A DNA stretch of 64,000 bases from positions 68,014,001 to 68,078,000 of the forward strand of contig NC_092353.1 of assembly GCF_963676685.1 (NCBI RefSeq). Direction: 5' to 3'. Source of the DNA: Mytilus edulis (lineage: Eukaryota). This document shows, in pieces, positions 62,901-64,000 of the stretch (positions are counted from its first letter, which is position 1; each line of letters begins with the position of its first letter). Below the pieces are notes generated by a model that was not told the DNA's origin, made no database searches, and saw only the letters and a program-made list of their open reading frames with translations. The position numbers were made by a program, and so were the translations under genes.

Positions 62901-63903
62901 ACCAATTGATGACAAGACACCAGTCTGTTATCTGCTACCAACTTACAAAGATACTGGATTATGTGCATATCTAACTTTAAGATTTTTGTTGGAAAAGCAA
63001 AATGCATTCTTGGATGATTACTGCAGGCATAAACAAATTCCGTAAGTAAACAAGACTAATTATTTTTTTTGGCAATGAGTAAGTTCATGACAAAACCAAG
63101 GGAACAGTAAAGAACATCGATTTTATATATACTAGCACTTATCTTATTACTTACTTCTCAAATTATTGAATATATAATATCCATTGAAAGGTTTTACTGA
63201 GGATTTATTTATATTCGTTGGATACTAATTTTTGTGAATTTCGTGGATACAGGGGAATCACAAATTGTCTAAAGGAATGTATCTCAACTTTGCTGAAACA
63301 CCGAAATTGAATATCCACGAATATGCAAGTTTTTCTCAATCCAAGAAAATTGGTACCCACAAAAAAGATGAATCCCAGTATTGAATACGGCTATAAAAAA
63401 GATGATAATTATGATAATTTTTGTTTTGAAATTATCAAGAGAAAAAGGTACGCAAATGATTCATGGTGTGACATTTTGTTAGACTGATGTTATACGCGTG
63501 TTCATCTGTTAAAGTAATGTTTAAAGGGGAAACATAATGATACTTTGTTTTTTTATTTTACTTCCTTAGTTTCGTGAAGTTGAAAATGTTTTTTAAGTAA
63601 ATATTAGCAAGCAGTGATATATTTTACGATAGAACATTGTATAAAAATGAACACCTATATTGTTATATTTATTTCATATATAGATACAGGTCTTTGCCAA
63701 GAGTACACGTGAAGGACATTTCTGTAGCACATTTGATAAGCTTCCATCCTGATAAAGACTTATTGCCAATGATTTTGGCAAATTGTAACTATTCATTTGA
63801 AGTTGGTCATGGAACAAAAATAGACTACAACTTTGTTAATCTTGAAAGGCAGCTGATGGACAGGTTTCTCTTCTCTAAATCTGTTATAATTGGATTAAAC
63901 GAG
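5691..63903 (+). CDS. RNF213: RNF213/mysterin-like AAA+ ATPase-E3 ubiquitin ligase; 50 coding exons in the window, 5' and 3' incomplete, one apparent frameshift at about 26260
   Basis: Exons appear in RNF213 order: VHGGTT, LFFDEANTTE, AACNPYRKHS, LVWDFGQL, FVSLRDVER, FLVGKPGSSKSLA, VVVLDEIGLAE, FIGISNWALDPAKMNRG, FFGLRDFYSL, FGSSFPSDQEYT, LYESLYDALNQYY, FPIPLINRLEKH, C3HC4 RING, YPAMPED, RZ finger CPQGH...CG...CFC...IGGSGH, ANCNYSFEVGHGT. Summed exon length is 7,673 nt, one short of 3 x 2,558. Confidence 0.95.
6505..6587 (+). CDS. RNF213: RNF213-like exon 2
   Basis: ttag|HSDELIKRLEQAGLGYHVDADNTSDTL|gtaaaa. Confidence 0.92.
7045..7178 (+). CDS. RNF213: RNF213-like exon 3
   Basis: RVPMRRLVYRVQPLPQSMLPLVWDFGQL...IRK|gtaagc. 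Confidence 0.92.
7587..7679 (+). CDS. RNF213: RNF213-like exon 4
   Basis: ttcag|MNDRQIP...ILTVSQEFMRQQE|gtagct. Confidence 0.88.
8958..9110 (+). CDS. RNF213: RNF213-like exon 5
   Basis: gcag|DECSFVSLRDVERVLDVMSWFY...|gtatga. Confidence 0.92.
10144..10304 (+). CDS. RNF213: RNF213-like exon 6
   Basis: ttag|PICHVTRSLVLALGVCYHSCLRKRAEYR...|gtataa. Confidence 0.9.
10922..11144 (+). CDS. RNF213: RNF213-like exon 7 (Walker A GKPGSSKS)
   Basis: CQTAFL...IAKNQALRENVFMMIVCIELRIPMFLVGKPGSSKSLAK...FKQ|gtattt. Confidence 0.95.
11900..12070 (+). CDS. RNF213: RNF213-like exon 8 (Walker B VVVLDE)
   Basis: VQMVAFQCSPLSTPDGI...VVVLDEIGLAEDSPRMPLK|gtaatt. Confidence 0.95.
13081..13143 (+). CDS. RNF213: RNF213-like exon 9
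   Basis: gtag|TLHPLLEDGCTDNEEPAAYKK|gtaaat. Confidence 0.92.
13590..13937 (+). repeat. Interspersed repeat family B, with a small nested family C fragment (about 13715-13787)
   Basis: CCTGTCCTAAGTCAGGAGCC...GGCCAGCTGAAGGACGCCTCCGGGTGCGG...TTTCCATTCTCAATTT; also found at 19340, 24516 (reverse) and 62096 (reverse). Confidence 0.75.
14445..14554 (+). CDS. RNF213: RNF213-like exon 10
   Basis: ttag|VAFIGISNWALDPAKMNRGILVQREVPD...|gtaata. Confidence 0.93.
15227..15383 (-). mobile_element. Penelope-like element 3' fragment
   Basis: Near-identical to 39286-39445. Confidence 0.65.
15623..15760 (+). CDS. RNF213: RNF213-like exon 11
   Basis: GICSSD...REFFGLRDFY|gtgagt. Confidence 0.92.
16041..16568. 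mobile_element. Non-autonomous DNA transposon with short GGTGGTAT inverted termini (Kolobok-like)
   Basis: TTAA|GGTGGTAT ... ATACCACC|TCAA (right TSD has one mismatch). Confidence 0.5.
16935..17250 (+). mobile_element. Penelope-like element: degraded end of the RT ORF plus 3' tail
   Basis: Translates, with a frameshift, as VKLKSSL..GRHNELVD, resembling the KLKSSLRKFYGRHHELVDRY end of PLE RT proteins; followed by the same tail as 39286-39656. Confidence 0.6.
17414..17576 (+). CDS. RNF213: RNF213-like exon 12
   Basis: LIKMLYGF...SVLRNFGG...NEQ|gtacgt. Confidence 0.9.
17833..17909 (+). CDS. RNF213: RNF213-like exon 13
   Basis: ttcag|KRSTDPECSSSGMIQSCLKGDDSTF|gtaggg; phases fit. Confidence 0.82.
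18437..18569 (+). CDS. RNF213: RNF213-like exon 14
   Basis: ESRYLLLLVENYGAL...IFGSSFPSDQEYTQ|gtataa. Confidence 0.93.
18934..19041 (+). CDS. RNF213: RNF213-like exon 15 (GC donor)
   Basis: VCRNINRIKVCMETG...LYESLYDALNQ|gcaagt. Confidence 0.9.
19340..19612 (+). repeat. Interspersed repeat family B
   Basis: Homologous to 13590-13937. Confidence 0.75.
19998..20083 (+). CDS. RNF213: RNF213-like exon 16
   Basis: ttcag|YYVEFGDERYVDLGLGSHRVKCRVHRKF|gtattt. Confidence 0.93.
20553..20821 (+). repeat. Interspersed repeat family C
   Basis: GGAAGATGTGGTGTGAGTGCCAATGAGACAACTCTCC...AAACGACAACTACTGTACATCAGATT; also found at 33930, 50616 and 53178. Confidence 0.8.
21519..21698 (+). CDS. RNF213: RNF213-like exon 17
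   Basis: LIVVAEKQIVYSKFPIPLINRLEKH...|gtatgt. Confidence 0.93.
22064..22685. mobile_element. MITE with 17-bp terminal inverted repeats and TTAA TSD (Kolobok-like)
   Basis: TTAA|GGGCATACGATACAGTT ... AACTGTATCGTATGCCC|TTAA, perfect TIRs. Confidence 0.88.
24516..24990 (-). repeat. Interspersed repeat family B (longer copy)
   Basis: Reverse complement of 19340-19612 plus an extension. Confidence 0.7.
25375..25507 (+). CDS. RNF213: RNF213-like exon 18
   Basis: SKKQREIGEAFIGYHPDTCPTII...EEE|gtaatg. Confidence 0.88.
25757..26074 (-). mobile_element. Helentron/DINE-like element, family A
   Basis: Reverse complement of 311-632, with (GGAC)n. Confidence 0.82.
26249..26418 (+). CDS. RNF213: RNF213-like exon 19 (apparent -1 frameshift near 26260)
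   Basis: ctag|ILQE/AKSMMLWCATPAAI...YFTEQQHDSLTDYI...FIQ|gtgata. Confidence 0.8.
27328..27464 (+). CDS. RNF213: RNF213-like exon 20
   Basis: ITTNSRILS...LLTLQSFHTEQQFSRQV|gtatgt. Confidence 0.9.
27682..27838. repeat. Local tandem duplication, about 75 bp x 2
   Basis: AAAAAACATGGCATCGTTGATGTCT...GAAATTTCAT occurs twice. Confidence 0.8.
29214..29424 (+). CDS. RNF213: RNF213-like exon 21
   Basis: NCFVKK...LIIQSERGDQNSELIACARYS...VIFLIQL...FSGFQ|gtacat. Confidence 0.9.
29730..30108 (+). CDS. RNF213: RNF213-like exon 22
   Basis: gcag|CGTWQSVHIDDLR...CIQRALASLKD...|gtatgg. Confidence 0.9.
30403..30544 (+). CDS. RNF213: RNF213-like exon 23
   Basis: SNLVLSGIKK...NWLSLEVSKVENINKAGTF|gtaagt. Confidence 0.88.
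31399..31739 (+). CDS. RNF213: RNF213-like exon 24
   Basis: KSIVLCLE...AFIDTNRNLDIL...LWLDIW...KMPFSWIV...|gtagca. Confidence 0.9.
33012..33178 (+). CDS. RNF213: RNF213-like exon 25
   Basis: IFQSIPLGNLL...CYIEDFVHIVY...ECK|gtaatt. Confidence 0.88.
33216..33520 (+). mobile_element. Helentron/DINE-like element, family A
   Basis: Homologous to 311-632. Confidence 0.8.
33930..34270 (+). repeat. Interspersed repeat family C
   Basis: Homologous to 20660-20821, with an extension also seen at about 56830-57010. Confidence 0.65.
34733..34951 (+). CDS. RNF213: RNF213-like exon 26
   Basis: ttcag|LVCENL...ACHVVYE...TEEI|gtaagt. Confidence 0.86.
35423..35631 (+). CDS. RNF213: RNF213-like exon 27
   Basis: gtag|TIDILALTLLMEDIKP...KWLRKVCEYRPVIE...|gtattt. 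Confidence 0.86.
36112..36466. mobile_element. Foldback-type non-autonomous element with inverted arrays of GGACAAAAAGTCACA subterminal repeats
   Basis: Five GGACA(A/G/T)AAAGTCACA units on the left; TGTGACTTTTTGTCC-like units on the right. Confidence 0.7.
36451..37285 (+). repeat. ~105-bp tandem repeat array with a higher-order ~470-bp duplication
   Basis: AAGTATGACGGGATACATAAGTACAGAGTCAC-type units start at about 36486, 36591, 36697, 36805, 36906, 36957, 37062, 37167 and 37269. Confidence 0.88.
37416..37515 (+). CDS. RNF213: RNF213-like exon 28
   Basis: CDWTRTLVVKLFIENVC...LKLWS|gtgagt. Confidence 0.86.
37898..37998 (+). CDS. RNF213: RNF213-like exon 29
   Basis: acag|KLGENTNLKELSSLEKVEAHL...KCF|gtaaat. 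Confidence 0.84.
38684..38860 (+). CDS. RNF213: RNF213-like exon 30 (C3HC4 RING finger)
   Basis: CCICEADIQDMPFTLPCSHIICKKCYYQLIKNKHTCEVC. Confidence 0.92.
38956..39690 (+). mobile_element. tRNA-derived SINE (Deu/Nin-like central domain), interrupted by a Penelope-like fragment
   Basis: A box TGGTGTAGTGG, B box GGTTCGATGCC, central GATAGTCCGTTGGAAGGGGACG...TGCACGTTAAAGAC; the tail ATGTTTAAACTAAAC resumes at about 39657. Confidence 0.7.
39286..39656 (-). mobile_element. Penelope-like element 3' end (last RT codons plus tail)
   Basis: Minus strand reads GRHHELIDRYGITVSQMISDMF, then ACCCTTCCGGAGCACCTGAG...GGTATCTTTCGTCCCTCTTTTA. Confidence 0.7.
39729..40137 (-). mobile_element. 5'-truncated SINE with Deu/Nin-like core and (CAAT)n tail
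   Basis: Minus strand: AGAATGGGGACGTTAAATCCG...GTACGTTAAGAACC...GCCACTGGACGTTAAGCAACCAACAATCAATCAATC. Confidence 0.65.
40771..41028 (+). CDS. RNF213: RNF213-like exon 31
   Basis: FRIRCNSFFMEVVSQLCF...IDPNPVVRSFLLQ|gtgatt. Confidence 0.92.
41606..42263 (+). mobile_element. Helentron/DINE-like element, family D, with internal ~160-bp tandem repeats
   Basis: ATGGCCCC...GGGGCCAT inverted repeats, 3' hairpin GTGTCGCTGTGACAC, and repeated GAGTTAACCATGATGAGTTACAGATC...GGCTTTGGACTTTGATAAATTGTTG units. Confidence 0.78.
42414..42534 (+). CDS. RNF213: RNF213-like exon 32
   Basis: GSNIKQHLSKYF...ELCLLILQCME|gtcagt. Confidence 0.86.
42797..43165 (+). repeat. Interspersed repeat (AATAAAGGCAACAGTAGTATACCGCTGTTC family)
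   Basis: Fragments also at about 30165-30210 (reverse) and 46060-46145. Confidence 0.6.
43717..43997 (+). CDS. RNF213: RNF213-like exon 33
   Basis: DALQQ...IELIASIKYALSVVA...AELCYKYGSAWP|gtttgt. Confidence 0.88.
44260..44371 (+). CDS. RNF213: RNF213-like exon 34
   Basis: LYFVKEVCRNFGLDSYQ...LQWVRLPDVE|gtaata. Confidence 0.86.
45123..45166 (+). ncRNA. Type I hammerhead ribozyme, G8A core variant
   Basis: GCATCA-CTGAAAA-GAC atgtatt GTC-GAAA-TGCGCA-TC-TGGTGC. Confidence 0.75.
45476..45519 (+). ncRNA. Type I hammerhead ribozyme, G8A core variant
   Basis: Identical to 45123-45166. Confidence 0.75.
45829..45872 (+). ncRNA. Type I hammerhead ribozyme, intact core
   Basis: GCATCA-CTGAAGA-GAC atgtatt GTC-GAAA-TGTGCA-TC-TGGTGC; stem I GCATCA/TGGTGC, stem II GAC/GTC, AUC cleavage triplet ending at 45866. 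Confidence 0.85.
46166..46282 (+). CDS. RNF213: RNF213-like exon 35
   Basis: acag|VKECFDRYIVNGPDYTKIRDAV...LQ|gtttgt. Confidence 0.87.
46569..46679 (+). CDS. RNF213: RNF213-like exon 36
   Basis: ttcag|TNTQSQW...RLALYREITL...QK|gtaaaa. Confidence 0.85.
48431..48661 (-). mobile_element. tRNA-derived SINE with V-domain-like core and (CAAT)n tail
   Basis: Minus strand: CCTCGGTGTCCAAGTGGTCTA...CCCCGGGCACTCTGGCTTCCTCCACCAAT...AACAATCAATCA. Confidence 0.68.
48867..49138 (+). mobile_element. Helentron/DINE-like element, family A
   Basis: Homologous to 311-632. Confidence 0.8.
49761..49814 (+). CDS. RNF213: RNF213-like exon 37
   Basis: ttttag|RLEFVIECIQESVLIDDE|gtatat; phase 0/0, weak homology. 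Confidence 0.7.
50616..50773 (+). repeat. Interspersed repeat family C (partial)
   Basis: Homologous to 20553-20727. Confidence 0.7.
50848..51048 (+). CDS. RNF213: RNF213-like exon 38
   Basis: acag|QDTVMLILNNSL...CLLLHY...PLKNIAIHPEIMV|gtaagc. Confidence 0.86.
51286..51609 (+). repeat. 161-bp x 2 tandem duplication carrying a degenerate hammerhead motif
   Basis: Identical units; GCATCA-CTGATGA-cttgtatagaa-GAAA-CACGCA-TC-TGGCGC at 51322 and 51483. Confidence 0.85.
51723..51846 (+). CDS. RNF213: RNF213-like exon 39
   Basis: gcag|ESYYPAMPEDD...KPTFY|gtgagt. Confidence 0.9.
52129..52163 (+). CDS. RNF213: RNF213-like exon 40 (RZ finger, first half; 35 nt)
   Basis: ttcag|(K)CPQGHPYAIGD|gtaagt. 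Confidence 0.92.
52929..53023 (+). CDS. RNF213: RNF213-like exon 41 (RZ finger, second half)
   Basis: gtag|CGNPYSVLTCFCGEKIGGSGHVLLPGN|gtaaag. Confidence 0.92.
53178..53442 (+). repeat. Interspersed repeat family C
   Basis: Highly similar to 20553-20821. Confidence 0.8.
54003..54162 (+). CDS. RNF213: RNF213-like exon 42
   Basis: TDSLTKGHVLGRP...AMLRLLTHVSMYVGA|gtataa. Confidence 0.92.
54190..55090 (+). mobile_element. Helentron/DINE-like element, family E
   Basis: TTAGCTCACCTG...CAGGTGAGC inverted repeats, (GTC)n, 3' hairpin AGGCTCTTGAGAGCCT, T-rich ends. Confidence 0.8.
55696..55885 (+). CDS. RNF213: RNF213-like exon 43
   Basis: AVLQSIH...FILQHIELDIESLHQILGRGTDD...|gtaatg. Confidence 0.9.
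56215..56346. repeat. Long imperfect palindrome (foldback)
   Basis: TACATGGCAAAATCCGTATC..ATGCTGTATCACCAC ... GTGGTGATAAAGCATGCAATACGAATTTTGATATGTA. Confidence 0.65.
56388..56491 (+). CDS. RNF213: RNF213-like exon 44
   Basis: TLSTRAARSDWEQLFDKTFLLPMFK|gtactg. Confidence 0.88.
57452..57509 (+). CDS. RNF213: RNF213-like exon 45
   Basis: ctag|DMDGVLQKCNDSITDDNRM|gtatta; phases fit. Confidence 0.8.
58472..58656 (+). CDS. RNF213: RNF213-like exon 46
   Basis: SDPLIMLLQE...VWRYRARITVDHL...LQLFLKE|gtaatt. Confidence 0.9.
59375..60711 (+). mobile_element. Helentron/DINE-like element, family E, with a ~500-bp internal tandem duplication
   Basis: Same termini as 54190-55090; internal unit CTCTGAAACTAC... 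at about 59530 and 60030. Confidence 0.82.
60798..60939 (+). CDS. RNF213: RNF213-like exon 47
   Basis: EHHLRVLILIPNVIRLQKML...|gtatca. Confidence 0.88.
61663..61746 (+). CDS. RNF213: RNF213-like exon 48
   Basis: GTLNEFKEYLDSYTEAWEAVRQSLETY|gtatgt. Confidence 0.87.
62096..62325 (-). repeat. Interspersed repeat family B
   Basis: Reverse complement of 19480-19612, with an internal deletion relative to 24516-24990. Confidence 0.7.
62849..63041 (+). CDS. RNF213: RNF213-like exon 49
   Basis: TPVCYLLPTYKDTGLCAYLTLRFLLEKQNAFL|gtaagt. Confidence 0.9.
63195..63380. mobile_element. Small degenerate MITE (Tc1/mariner-like TA ends)
   Basis: TACTGAGGATTTATT..TTCGTTGGATACTAATTTT ... AAAATTGGTACCCAC..ATGAATCCCAGTA. 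Confidence 0.55.
63684..63903 (+). CDS. RNF213: RNF213-like exon 50 (gene continues past the window)
   Basis: HLISFHPDKDLLPMILANCNYSFEVGHGTKIDYNFVNLERQLMDRF|gtaatt. Confidence 0.92.
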
Positions 63904-64000
63904 GTAATTCTTTGTTTTATTGAATACGAATTGATTTAAAAAACAAAACAGAATATGGTAGTATAACCACGACAAATACATAAAACAGGATACAGAAACT

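Noticed and set aside
5691-63903. Several separate genes (ATPase, RING protein, zinc finger protein)
   Set aside because: Exon phases and motif order fit a single RNF213-type polypeptide.

Overview
This is AT-rich, intron-containing animal genomic DNA. The repeat families point to a bivalve, probably a Mytilus-type mussel (inference, not a database result). About 58 kb (5691 to beyond 63903, + strand) is one RNF213/mysterin-like giant AAA+ ATPase/E3 ligase gene. I traced 50 coding exons by hand (about 2,560 codons), running from the AAA+ core through the RING and RZ finger to the C-terminal region; both the start and the end of the gene lie outside the window. The exon phases join cleanly apart from one apparent 1-nt deletion at about 26260, and one intron uses a GC donor (19042). 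The first 3.5 kb holds a frameshifted, intron-containing DUF7869/Sola1-like transposase pseudogene with a 1,192-bp tandem duplication. It is followed by seven palindromic GGGGA(A/T/C)ATTTCCCC (kappaB-like) sites. The introns carry Helentron/DINE-like elements, tRNA-derived SINEs, Penelope-like fragments and MITEs. They also carry a sense-strand 353-bp x ~2.75 tandem array with type I hammerhead ribozymes (a non-LTR retrozyme, 8-bp TSD) and a 161-bp duplicated degenerate hammerhead unit. Most entries in the supplied ORF track are exon read-throughs or chance frames in repeats.
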